A stretch of 64,000 bases of DNA from Octopus vulgaris (lineage: Eukaryota): positions 31,620,001 to 31,684,000 of the forward strand of contig OX597825.1 in assembly GCA_951406725.2 (NCBI GenBank), given 5' to 3'. The notes under the pieces are model-generated. The model had not been told where the DNA came from and did no database searches. It saw only the letters and a list, made by a program, of their open reading frames with translations. Within the stretch, counting starts at the first letter, position 1. Each line of letters opens with the position of its first letter. The translations under genes and the position numbers were made by a program. Positions 1-14,000 of the stretch are shown in pieces.

Positions 1-411
1 TTGCCCATGTTATTCGTATTCTACAATCTCAGAGCATCCACCCCAATGACAGACTTGATTGCCTCAGCAGCAAAAGCTATCAACTATTTCTGGGGTTTTT
101 TTTTCCCCTAGCATGTGATGGAGTCTGTTTTCTGTACATCTTCAGTGTTTATTGCCCCTCTGTATACATACACATATATATATGGTTGGGAGGCAAGTTT
201 CTAAATCACACAGCCATGACTGATCCTATAGCTGATGGATAAAAGAACTTATCAGCATTAACTCACCATCAGCCATTTCTAATTCTTGGGCTTAGAAGAC
301 AAAGAAGCTTCCAAATGTAATAAATTATGAAGAAAATGAAAATAAATTCAAAACTTGTTTTTTAAAATCAATAAAAAAAATTATAGTAAACAAATTTTCT
401 TCATATCTTAC

Positions 412-475
412 CAAGTAGAAAAGTCTCCAGGAAATGGTTTCCGGGAATAAAACTCTAACTGAACCATTTCAGAAT
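412..475 (-). CDS. AP5B1: AP5B1 exon 22 ([21 protein letters not shown])
   Basis: cttttcag| acceptor, |gtaaga donor, phase 1->2. Confidence 0.85.
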
Positions 476-2354
476 CTGAAAAGGGAAGGAAATGAATAGA
501 TAAGGTTTGGTGAATCTGATTTTATACAGCATCAGTTCTGAGATGAAAACATGCCTAACTGTGGAAAGGATTAGTTTGCTTAGAAACAGATAGGAGTTGG
601 TAATTGGAAGGGCATCTGGCCATAGAAGATTTCATTTGACTGTCGAAAGTCTAGAAATATAAATGAGGATTAGAGAAACTGAAATGAAACAAAGCTACTA
701 AAGAGAAGGTTTTTTTGTTTTTAACCATTTCTCAAAAGACTGTATAAATTTTCTTCAGCCATTTCACTTCACAACTCTAGCATCAACAGCTAAAAGACAT
801 TTCTGACTAAATACACTTGAAAAAATTATTTTCTCCCTTTTTTTTAAATTTTATTTTTTATTAAGATGATCTTTCAAATGTTATTTCTTTGCTGTCATTT
901 GATACACAGGACATATTTCTCTGGCATCCATACACCAACCATGCACCAAATTCTTTTTTCTTTTCTCTTTTTTTTTTTTTCAAAGTAGACAAGTAACTTG
1001 GGACTTGTGAAAATAAAGTTTAATAGTGTGGACATTTAGAACAAATTTATAAAATCGCTTTCATCAAACAAAAGGTTAATTTTAATTTTCTTTATGTAGT
1101 TTATTATTTAAAATACACTTAGTTTTCATAACAGTAAGATTTGTATCTTTAAAACTGCTACAAGAGCCAAAAGGATCCCAAACACTTTTAATTATTTTTT
1201 ATTTACTTTCTAACTTGTAAATCATGTTTTAACAATCTAAGATACAAGAAATTTAATCAGAGTAAAATACTGATTTCAAATTTTGGCACAAGGCCAGCAA
1301 TTTTGGGGAGAAGGTGTAAGTCAATTGCATCAACCCCAGTACTCAACTGGTACTTATTTTATCAACCCTGAAAGGATTAAAGGCAAAAATGACGTTGGCA
1401 GAATTTGAACTCACAATGCAAAGACAAGAAATACTGCTAAGCATTTTGCCTGGTGTACAAACAATTCTGTCAGCTCCCCACCTTAATCAGAGTAACATTG
1501 AAAACATTGCCATTATGAAAAAGATTTTTTAGAATAATTTATATGGGGCGGGGGGAATAAAATTTGAAAAATGGTATTAGTAATTGCAAAAAATGTCCTT
1601 CCTTCTAGTATTACATATAATGGATATAATTGTTACAGAGTTTACTTATGAAAAAAGATTTTTAAAAATCTCTTACCTTCCTTCTTGAGGAATGGAATGT
1701 GAATGGCTACAAGATAGAAGAAAATATATATAAATATAAGGTAAAAGTTTTTATTTTTCATTCCCTTCAAAAATTGCTCTTAAATGTGGTATTTGGTCGT
1801 TTTGACTGCTTCTTCTAGCATGTAAAAATTACCTGTTATAGGTAGTTTTCTCTTGTGTTTAAATGTACATTATTTTATATGGAGAATATGTTATCTATTG
1901 ACTTTTTATACATTCTAGGCCACTGGTAGTGAAATTTCTAAGAATATTCGCGACCCTATATATATATATATCTTACGAATATGATTTTAGCATTTAGAAG
2001 ACCGGATCAGCATTATCCAATTACTGCCAACTGAAACTGCGCTTGCGCAGTGAATTTTGAAAAGTTATAACATATAATGATGAGACACGTGTTATTTGTC
2101 TCTAAATTATATGTTAGTTACTGATGAGGATTCACCTAACAAATTATTTTATTTGCTAAAGAAATCTAAAACCTAGGTATAACCGCAAAAAATAACAAGG
2201 TAAAAGTTTATATTTTTAATTCCCTTCAAAAATTGCTCTTAAATGTGGATTTGGTCATTTTGACTGCTTCTAGCATGTAAAAATTACCTGTCAAAGGGTA
2301 GTTTTGTGTTTTAATGTACACTATTTTATATTGAGAATATGTTGTCTATTGACA

Positions 2355-2411
<57 letters not shown>

Positions 2412-4248
2412 TTTTTTCCAGTAAAATTTTGAAATAAAAATTCCTAATGTGGAGGTCAGAGTGGGATTCTTCCATGCCATGTTGTCAACCCTGATCAAGC
2501 AAACTCATGGTCAGAGGTATTCCAACAGAGACCTTCCAATCTTCTCTTCAGGCATAGTGTATCTAAGGTTATATAAGTCAATGTGCTTTTTCTCTTCAAT
2601 CCTTTTAATGCCAACCTGCCTGAAAGCACTTTTCGTTCAACTTAAAAAGTTCTGTTTTAAATTCTGTTCTAAATGAAAATCTTCCATCAAAACTACAATT
2701 TATATTGCAGCAAGTCAAAAGTTTTGCATATGTGCTAATTTGCAACATGTATGTCACATGACCAAAGCTGTTCAGGCCATGGAAGGTACCCTCTGAAGTT
2801 GGTAGTATCATGGTAGTTGGTACATTGCTTCACTCTATATGATCTGCAACGCATCAAGATGAGCATGCAATTTAGCTTCATTCAGGAACTTCGGCTTTAC
2901 AAGTTCGAACTGAGCCATAACAACTTGGAAGCAACCAAAACCATTTGCTGCATAAAAGGTGAAGGCACAGTTGATCACAGAAGAGTAACCGTATGGCTAA
3001 AGAAATTTCACTTGAGTTGGAAGAACTTCGATGATCAAGCAAGGTCAGGTAGGCTTAAAGCTGTGGATTCCAAGGTCATGTTCCAAGCCAAAGTGGCAAA
3101 TCTGGTGAGCAGCACTCTGAGAGTATCAGATGAGCTTGGCATCTCACGGATGTATATCATTGAGCAGCAAAAATACCTGGCATTGGTTAACAGAAAGTGA
3201 GCTCTTCTGCAGCACAAGACTTCACAAGACCTTCTACCACTTAAACAACCTGGAATAATCTCCAGGAACTTGAGGAAATCAGAGTGATGCCACACACAAC
3301 ATACAGTCCAGACCAGACTGGACTAGCAGGATCAAATCATTATTTGTTTAGATCTGTAGCTCCATTCCTGTGCTCATGACACTTTCTCAACCAAAAGGAG
3401 GTGGAAGCCTCAGTGAAGGAGTTCCTCGCCTTAGAGAACAAGAACCGGTATCAGCGTTGCAGCAAAAGAACTGGTAGAAAGGTGGCTTCAGGCAGTGCAA
3501 CACAATGGCCTTTACTTTGAATTCTAGGCTGCTTTTGTTAACTTGACAAATAACACAAATGACTTACCAAAATATTGCAAATCTTGACACAATATTTCAA
3601 ACACCACCTTGATAATGACAAGATTATCTTAATAAATTCTTCATTATTTTCAAACTTAATCGAAACAATACTTCAACATAAATATGGTAACCAAAAGATT
3701 AAAGCCAGTTGTGAGTGATTTGAGAATGATGCCAGCAGGGAAAACCAATTTTAGACAACGACGACGGCAATGGCGGCGACAACAACGACGACAAATTTTT
3801 AAACTGTCATGTTTTATATATTTACATATATTTTTAATACAATACTATTTTAGACATATATATCTTTGTGAGAAATTTTTTTGATATTCAATTTCATGCT
3901 ATTATTTCAAAATACAGTATATATATAATCGCTTGTATTAATGTCTAAATACTTTATAGTATTAATATTTTTGACATCTTATACAAAGAGCACACATAAT
4001 AAATTCAGTGTATAATATTCTAACAGAATATATTTAATTAATGATATATATATGTATATACATATATAGTTGAAATTTACAGAAAAACAAAAGACAAAGA
4101 CAGGTGTATAAACAACAAGTGGGTGACACTCGGGAAGGTGAGGAAGTTTTTTACATTTCAAGCCTATGCTCTTCAACAGAAAGGAACATGAGGAAATATA
4201 TAGAGAGAGAATAAAAAGACCTTATGGATTTAGTGGACAATCATGACG

Positions 4249-4335
<87 letters not shown>

Positions 4336-6703
4336 GACAGAGAGGCATGATGAGATTTTTTCAGTTCTCATGAACCAAATTCAGAGACAAGGCTGTGTTT
4401 GGTCTGCAACTATAAGAGAAAACACTTGCCAAGGGTGCCATACAATGAGATTGAACCTGAAGCAAACTTCTTAACTACACAGCCTTTATTTATTACATGA
4501 AAATATGACTGAATAATAATATTGCAGAAACAAAGGAAATTAGTCAAGAATTGGATTTGAATTCCAGAGAAGCATTACAAGGTAACATAGACAAAAAAAT
4601 GGTCGTGTGTATATGGTATTATGGATATTGTTGTTCTTCGTAGATGGTTCGAATCTACTGCAAAAACTATTTAGAGTAAAGTCAAAATGATAGTTACCTG
4701 GTATACTGGTAAAGTTTGCATCTATATTGATGTTAATGGTGATGGCTCTCAGTTCATCCAAAGTGCAATGTGGTGTCTGGAAAAAATAGGACCAGGGATG
4801 ATGATGATGATGGTGATGATGACAATAATAATAATAATATTGTTGTATTTCGGAATGGTCATTTTGCCAATTTAGCCAATAAAAACACACGCACTATATA
4901 TTTGGTGTTACTTTGCTTTAGCGTTATTTATTTTTTTACATTAATCTTAATCTTATTTTGGCCAGAGTTCTTTCGTCACACTCCTGTGACCTCATCAGTG
5001 GTCCTTTGCTTTCTTCTTTCTTATTAGATGTCTCTCCTTACTAACGGTCAACCATTTTGTATTTTGTATTCCTATTGTATGTGTCTTCATTTGTGCATGT
5101 GTATACCTCTATGTGTGTCTATGTTTGGTTAGTGGGGGGGAGTGCCTGTAATATTTGTATCAGGCTCGGATGGTGCTCTTAGCGCTCCACTAGCACAGAT
5201 GCCAGTCATCGAATTTGATTTCAATTTCACTTGCCTCAATAGGTCTTCACAAGCAGAGTATAGTGTCCAATAAAGGAAAGGTACACATAAGTGGCCTGGT
5301 TACACCCCTGGCATAGGCCACGAGGTTATGGTCTCGCTTGGCTTGCCGGGTCCTCTCAAGAGCAGCATATTTTAAAAAAGGTCCTGGTCACTAGTCATTG
5401 CCCCAGGTGAGGCCTAATGTTCGAAGATCATGCTTCACCACCTCATCCCCGATCTTCCTGGGTCTACCTCTTCCACAGGTTCCCTCAACCACTAGGGTGT
5501 GGAACTTTTTCACACTGTTATCCTCATCTATTCTCGCCACATGACCATACCAGCGCAGTCATTTCTCTTGCACACCACAACTGATGCCCCACACATAAAT
5601 TTGTGTATATACAACAGGCTTCTTTAAGTTCCTGTCTCCTTAATCCACTCACAAAACTTTGTTCAGCCTGGGGCTATAGTGGTGAAAGACACTTGCCCAA
5701 TGTGCCACACAATTGAACTGAACCTGAAAGCAAGTGAACCTGAAAGCAAGTGACCTGAAAGCAAATTCCTTAACTACACACACACACACACACATACATA
5801 CATGCACACATTCACACACATAGATACTCATCAGTTTGTTCACATTTGCACTTTGCTAAAAATGGCAACCTACAAGTAGTGATGTGCTGTCGTTTCTATT
5901 TTTAATAAATCATCTGCTGCTTTGTTTTACAGTTTTACAGAGGTGAGAGCATGTGAAATAAGCCATGTTTTACTTAAGAAATAGGTAAGGGTTAGAAACA
6001 GGAAGAGCATCCAAAGCAATTTTTGTATGCCTACTCACCATGCTAAGCCGATATTCAGTCAAGAAATAAGTACAGTCTTCAGCAGCAATCAATTTGAGAT
6101 AATGTTCGAATACATCTGAAGAAGAAAAGAGAATTAGAAATAGAAACCCAATCACACACACGCACATGCACACACACACACATGCACATACACACACACA
6201 CGCATGCACACACACACACACATACACAATTATACATGATGAGCTTCTGTACAGCTTCAATCTACCAGTTTCATTGAGACCAAGACTATAAAAGAAGACA
6301 CCTAACCATGGTGCCCCACAGGGAGATGGAACCTTAAACCTCATGCTTAGAAAGCATGATTCATTACCACACAAACATGTCTATACACACCTACACATCA
6401 CCTATCTTTTATCAATCCCAGAACTACTTTTCTTAAAGTCTGCTACAAATTTTATCGGTCTCTTTTGCCTAACTGAACGCAAAGTAATGTGGATGTAAAC
6501 AAACCAACACTGGCTGGGGAACAAACACAGATATACACACACACACACAAATGCAGTGTGTTTCTTTCATTTCCACTCACGCCCAAGTCTATAGTTGAAG
6601 ACCCTTGCTCAAGGTGCTATGCAGTGGAAATGAACCCAGAACCATATGGTTGGGAAGCAAACTTCTTACTACACCTCCATGCCAGTGCCTTATATTCAAG
6701 CAT

Positions 6704-6739
<36 letters not shown>

Positions 6740-8036
6740 TATATATATATATATACCAATATAGTAATTAAATATATACATACACTAATATTAGTAATTA
6801 AATGAGATTTAGTCTGTTGAGATGTTTTGGAAGAATAACATGTTAATAACCTAACGATATGTTTTTTTCACTTTTTTTACTCCTCTGATGAGATTTTGCC
6901 CCCCAAAATATCTTAATTACTGGAATTTAATCCATTTGGACAAAACTGAAACAGCTGTAAGGGAAAATGCTGAATTCTTGCAGTTAATAAATTATATTAA
7001 TTCTACTTCTCCATTTTCTGGATTTTAATTTGAATATTTATAAACAAAGTTTTATACTTTTTATATTACTATTTACAAAATAATAGGCAACAAAACAGTA
7101 ATTCAATGGATATTTTCTATCCCTTAAGGTGGTTATTTAAACCTCTGTTTAAATTTACATATATATATATACATATGACACGTAAAAAGCACCAACCGAT
7201 TGTGGCCATTTGCCAGTCTCCTCTGGCCCCTGTGCCAGTGGCACATAAAATGTACTTACTACACTCACAGAGTGGTTGATGTTAGGAAGGGCATCCAGCT
7301 GTAGAAACACTGCCAGATCAGACTGGAGCCTGGTGCAGCCTCCTGGCTTCCCACACCCAGGTTGAACCGTCCAACCCATGCTACCATGGAAAACGGACAT
7401 TAACCAATGATGATGATAATGATGATAAATATTAAGATCCACAAAGCTCAGAAGTGATCCAAATCGGATATGCAATCTATGTGGGTGTCTTTTCAAAACA
7501 CTGTCTGGTTTAGAAAGCCACATCAGATGCCACGATGGTTCTAAGGTGTAGGTAAAGGAGGTGGTCAAACTCTGCATAAGGAGTAGACAACCACCATATA
7601 TATATATATAATATATATATATCTATATATATATATGTCTTTAGGCTGAGTTTGAACTCAGAACCTTTATTCCTAATGTAGGATTTCTACATTTATCTCA
7701 TATTAGAAAATAAACATATAAACATTCCACTGCTGCCAGCTGTAAACTAGACCTTTCTGTAGTATCTGCAGATAGTGAGAAGGAGTCAGGCATTGAGAGA
7801 GTTAAGTAACTTGCCCAAGAAAATAACAGAGTACTGGTGACTGAGGACAAACCCCTGACCTCTTTGCTGAATCATTAACCATCTAATAACTCAGCCAGCC
7901 ACCAATGATGTTATTAAGGATAAACGAAGACATAATTACCTTGGTCTGACAGTGTTTCTTTATAATCAGAATTTATCTCCTCACTGTAAACTTCAGATTC
8001 TTTCCAGATTGGCTGAAAGGAGATTCTGAAAGACAA

Positions 8037-8092
<56 letters not shown>

Positions 8093-8250
8093 GATTATTA
8101 TTATTAGTAGTATAATAATAATAATAATAATGGGGGTATTAGAGTGGTGGTGGTGGTGGTGGTGGTGGTGGTATGCCTGGTGATTTACATATATAGCACA
8201 CCCCTTTAAAGGATTTCTTTTCTTCAGTTTATTATTATTATTATTATTAT

Positions 8251-8295
<45 letters not shown>

Positions 8296-8318
8296 CAGCA
8301 GTGGTGGTGGTGGTGGTG

Positions 8319-8400
<82 letters not shown>

Positions 8401-10566
8401 CAGCACAGTTGCAAGAATTACCAATAGGGGGGATATTAGTGGTGGTACCTGTGTTTTACATATAACACACTCCTTTAAAGGATTTTTTTCAGTTTGTTAC
8501 TATATATATATATATATATAATATATATATAATTGAGATTCAGTTGAATTAGGTACTTAAGTTGAAGCACCAAGTCAGTCCAGTATTATCCGCACACCTT
8601 GAGGATAAAGTCAAAATAGCAACAGGATATCAAGAGGTGATGAGTAAAGTTTAAGTGGCTCCCTTTAATTGAACAATGCAATCATTACATCAAAATGCAT
8701 TGTTCAATTAAATGGAGCCACTTGAAACGGTCGTACTTCATCATTACTTAATATCCTATTGTTTATTTTGATTTTATATATATATAGGAGTGGCTGTGAG
8801 GTAAGTAGCTTGCTAACCAACCACATGGTTCCGGGTTCAGTCCCACTGCGTGGCATCTTGGGCAAGTGTCTTCTGTTATAGCCCCGGGCCAACCAATGCC
8901 TTGTGAGTGCATTTGATAGACGGAAACTGAAAGAAGCCTGTCGTATATATGTATATGTGTGTGTGTGTGTGTGTGTATGTCTGTGTGTCTGTGTTTGTCC
9001 CCCTAGCATTGCTTGACAACCGATGCCGGTGTGTTTACGTCTCCGTCACTTAGCAGTTCGGCAAAAGAGACCGATAGAATAAGTAGTAGGCTTCCAAAGA
9101 ATAAGTCCTGGGGGTCGATTTGCTCGACTAAAGGCGGTGCTCCAGCATGGCCACAGTCAAATGACTGAAACAAGTAAAAGAGAGTAAAGAGAGAGTGTAT
9201 ATTTTTCTTTTATTCTTTTACATGTTTCAGCCCTAAGGCTGTGGCCATGCTGGGGCATATATATAAATGGCCTGATCGTAGAAGGAATGGTAGCATCTAT
9301 GATTCTTTTCAAAGCCTCCAAGATTTGTGGCTGGGTCTGATTGCTTGCAATGAGATTGGAGTCTCTGCTAAAAGCAGATTAACCCTGCCCTATAACAGAT
9401 GTCCCGCCAATGAGCTTCCTTCCACACAGTTTCCATCTACCAAATTTCATATGTAATGTTATGGTCAACTTAAAGCTTAAAGTAGAAAACATGCCCAGCT
9501 CCCTATGCAGTGAAACTGAACCCAAAACCACAGAGTAATGAAACAAACTTCTTGACCACACAGCTAAGCCAGCATCCATTCTATCAAGATATATTGAAGG
9601 TGATAAAGAAATATATTTGTTATTTCTAGCAGATCAATCCACCACTTAGTGCCCCACCACCACCACCACATCCTTTGACTCAGTTAATCTGAGTAAGTAA
9701 TGAAGTGTAAGATATATTCTTCAGGCTTCTATGGTCCAACATCCCAAAATCATTAAGTGTAAACCTGATAAAAGAGTCTCCCCTAGAAAACAAAACATCG
9801 TGTAATAATGTCTGCTGTGAGATAATTGAATTAATTAACCTTCTATGACTTATCAAAGAAGAATTTTAATTAAAGGCAAGAGCTGTAGAACTGTGTAGAA
9901 ATTCTTGAGAGGGACCATTATGTTTTCATTATGCTCCATCACCACCAGGCTCTTGGATGCCTTTAGCTGAGTTCATTTTGCTGCAAGCCTAAAGGCCCTG
10001 TCTCTGATTTGAGGATAAGAACCTTCCTTACCTCTTCCTACCAATCACAGTGGCTCTGCAAAGGGCTATGGGTGTGAGCACTACCCTTTATCATATTAAG
10101 TAAACCATTAAGAGACAAAATAATAATTTTGAATAATGCCTCTGTTGTTTTCCTTACAACAGAGAAACATTCCAGTTTGTGGCACCTATTTACAGTCAGG
10201 CAGACTGTGTCATTGAATGTTAAGTGTCTTAGCAATTAATACACTGGAATACACCGGAATATAAACTGTTGAATCAGTTGTTGATCATTGGCCAACTAGG
10301 CCATGCAATCCACAGCTTACACAGAACAAGTGAAAGACAGAAATAAATCAGATGGGAAAATAATGAAGGAGTGGGTGGGTGGGGAATTAAAGTCCAATGG
10401 AATAATTTACCTTTCCCACTTCATGTATGGTTTCTCTAAGGTAACGATGAGAGCAGGATTCGACGGCGTACCTGAAACATAAAAATTATTGATAGATCTT
10501 TTCAAAGTGATGATAATGATGATGGTGAGGATGAGGAGGATGGTGATGGTGGTGGTGGTGGTGATG

Positions 10567-10625
<59 letters not shown>

Positions 10626-10972
10626 AGAGAAACAGAGTCTCACAATGTAAACAAATTTAGTCTTGCTGCGAGTTTTGTTTTGGTGTTAAAATTCAATTTT
10701 ATGAAAGTATGTGGTTGTCTTAATAGTAAGATTAAATTTTTTTTTTCACAAATACATAATGAATAGTATCATATTGCTGTTTGGCACTGAGAAAATTTAG
10801 CAGAGATAGCTTTTTTTTTTTTGACAATGGAACAGCATTCCTCAGTGACTGAGATGTTCATTTTGCATATTTCAATCCAATGCCACATCTTGGACAAGTT
10901 CCTTCTGCTGTAACCCTGCATCAGCTAGTTTCTAGTCGTCAGTGAATTTGATGGGCAGGAACAGTACAAAGC

Positions 10973-11011
<39 letters not shown>

Positions 11012-11019
11012 CGTCCCTC

Positions 11020-11071
<52 letters not shown>

Positions 11072-14000
11072 TTTACATTCAGTACTTTCAAAGGTGAGTG
11101 AAATGAAAATTTTATTGCTTGGGAAGCAAGGCTACAAAAAAGAACAATCATCCAGCTGTAAAGCATTGCCTCTATATTGTGTATCTGTCTAACCCATGCT
11201 ACATGGAGAAAAGGGTGCAGAGACAAATGACCACACACACACACACATATATATATCAGTAAGTGTGTACATATACACACACATACATACATGGGCACAT
11301 ACATACATCTGTACATACATATATACATACACATACGTAACATGTATACATCTCAGAAAAAAAGTAGAATTGTGGAAAATCTTAAGTGATTTAATCACAC
11401 TGGTTTAATTAATTTTAAGATCTCATTAATTTTCATTTCTTCTGACTTCATGCTCTGAGTTCATATACCACAATGGTCGACTTTACTTTTATCCCCCCAG
11501 GGTCTATAAGACAAGTACTAACTGAATACCAACTGGGGTTGATCCAATCAACTAGTTCTCTTCCACAAAATTTCAAGTTTTGTACCACTTGTGGAAAGGA
11601 TTATTAAGTTAATATTTGGAACATTAATTAATATAAAATTTTAATCATCATTAATTTAGATAACTTTTAAAACATGAGGTTTGTGTCAAAGAACCAGTGT
11701 GATGTTAGGCTGATTGCTATCAAAGGTGTTAAAGAATTTAAATATTGATAAAAATGTAAAGCAATCTCACAAGGACTGTGAATGATGTTGGTAAGTTGTC
11801 TTCGAGTCATCATAATATCAGCACAACTCAATACTTCTCGGATCTGAAAAACAATAGCAAAAGTTAAATACTCCACCAATATTAATTATATTAATTTTCC
11901 ATTTTTTTTTTTTTTGTATGTGTGTGTGTATGTGTCTTGCTTTTCATACAAGTAAAGTTTGGTATGTGCTTTTGCTAGTATTCTTTTTATTTTTTATTTG
12001 TTTTAGTCATTGGACTGCAGCCATGCTGGAGCGCCACCTAGAAAGGTTAGGCCAAACAAATCAACCCCAAACAAATTGTTTGATTTTTTAAAAACCTACT
12101 ACTTCTTCTTTCATTCGCTTTTTCAGAATGGCTATGTTGCAGGGTTATAAACAAACCAACACCAGTTGTCAAGCAGTGGGGGACAAACAGAAAGATACAC
12201 ACATAACTATATATATATAAACTTTATACTTGGAATGACCAATTTTAGATACTATTGGATTTTGCTCACAAGGTATTGGAATCTTATATGTATACCATTC
12301 TGCCTAACTAATGGATCTACAGATGCAATATCCCTACATATCTCACATCTATTTTCATTCCTCCCACTTCACTCTCTATTTCGTATCTTATCTAAATTAT
12401 CTATTGCTTAACCATTTTCTCACACCGTCTCCGATGAAGGGATATAATAAATATCCTGGAAGCAGCTGTAAGACTTTCTCTTTATAAATGTTCTAAAATC
12501 TTCACAGCCTTGGATTTTTATCTCATTCTGAAAAAAACATTTTTTTATATATATATATATAGAAACAGGATTCTTTCAGTTTCCATCTACCAAATCCACT
12601 CAAAAGGCTTTGGTCAGCCAGGGGCAAAATAAGATGCTTGCCTAAGGTGCCATGTAATGTGACTGAACCTGGAACCATAAGGGCAAGGAGCAGACTTCTT
12701 ACCCTGAACCATAATATCGTGTAATATTACATAGGTATAATTACAAATTTACTTTCTCATATTTCAGATTTCATGATTTTGTAAAATAATGAAATGAATA
12801 CTAAGTTTCAAAATTAAAATATTTATTGAATTAAAAGAAGATTAAATAAAATAAAGGATCTTTTCACTTTGACCAGCAGATTTTAAAAATTATTTCTTTG
12901 TAACTAAACACTTTTAAACTTCGTATACTAGTAGAATGTGTCACATAAAACATCTTTTTCTCCTGGCATTCTTGAGAAAATTATGTAGATTGTAAGCAAT
13001 TTGTTGTTTAATTTCTTGTATATCGTCAATTTCAACCAATCAATGACGTCTATTGAGGTGAATACAATTACTGCTGTTGTTTGCCAACAACTTCCGGCGG
13101 TACGTGTATTTGTTTACATTTGAAGAAGATCGTCACTTTCCGTAAATTTTTTATTTTTTGAATATATGTGGGGTTAGGGTTAGGATTAGGGGTGGGAGGA
13201 AGGGTATCTTTTTTCTTCAGAAATGTAAATAAGCTGCAAATATAAACATTTTGTGACCATAAACTGAGGGGTCTCTCGTAAACAGAGCTGGATAACAAAA
13301 CCGTTCCTTCATTTAGTGTCCACCCATAATTATGACCCTAGTATCCATCTCGAAATAGACACCGCCAGAAGTTGCTGTTGAAGTTGTTGGCAAACAACAG
13401 CAGTAATTGTATTCACCTCAATAGACGTCATTGATTGGTTGAAATTGACGAAATACAAGAAATTAAACAAGAAATAGCTTACAAACTACACAATTTTCTC
13501 AAGAATGCCAAGAGAAAAAGATGTTTTATAAACACATTCTGCCAGTATACGAAGTTTAAAAGTGTTTAGTTACAAAGAAATTATTTTTAAACTCTGAGGG
13601 TCAAAGTGAAAAGATCCAAAATAAATTTGTCATTTGTATATTTGCAATGAATATAACAAACATGTGCTAATTGTAAAGAGTCATTATTTTGTTGTCGATT
13701 ATGTATTCAATAACAATAATATTGATTTACTATCAATTAACTATAGCTGGTAACATTATACGTATAATAACCAAGGGGGAAAACTCCAAAATAGAAGTTA
13801 CCTCCCTTGATTTAACACGCCTGAGATACTGAAGATTAATTCTTCAGCCTATTTTGTCGAATGCATTCGCATTATTTTGAATAAATCGAGAATTATTTCG
13901 AAGCTTCGAAATCATGATGTGATTGTTTATTTTCAAAATGACATTGTAGAGTTGGTGTGAGAGACTGAATCCCACTAGTTTAAACAAAAAACATATAGAA

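Noticed and set aside
267-310. Possible exon 23 with a gtgagt donor
   Set aside because: Only AAG acceptors are available and the required phase hits a stop
8000-8025. Internal alternative acceptor ctcctttcag in exon 18
   Set aside because: 13 nt downstream and out of phase with exon 17
13170-13195. Interstitial telomere
   Set aside because: Only about three TTAGGG-like units, internal to a foldback element
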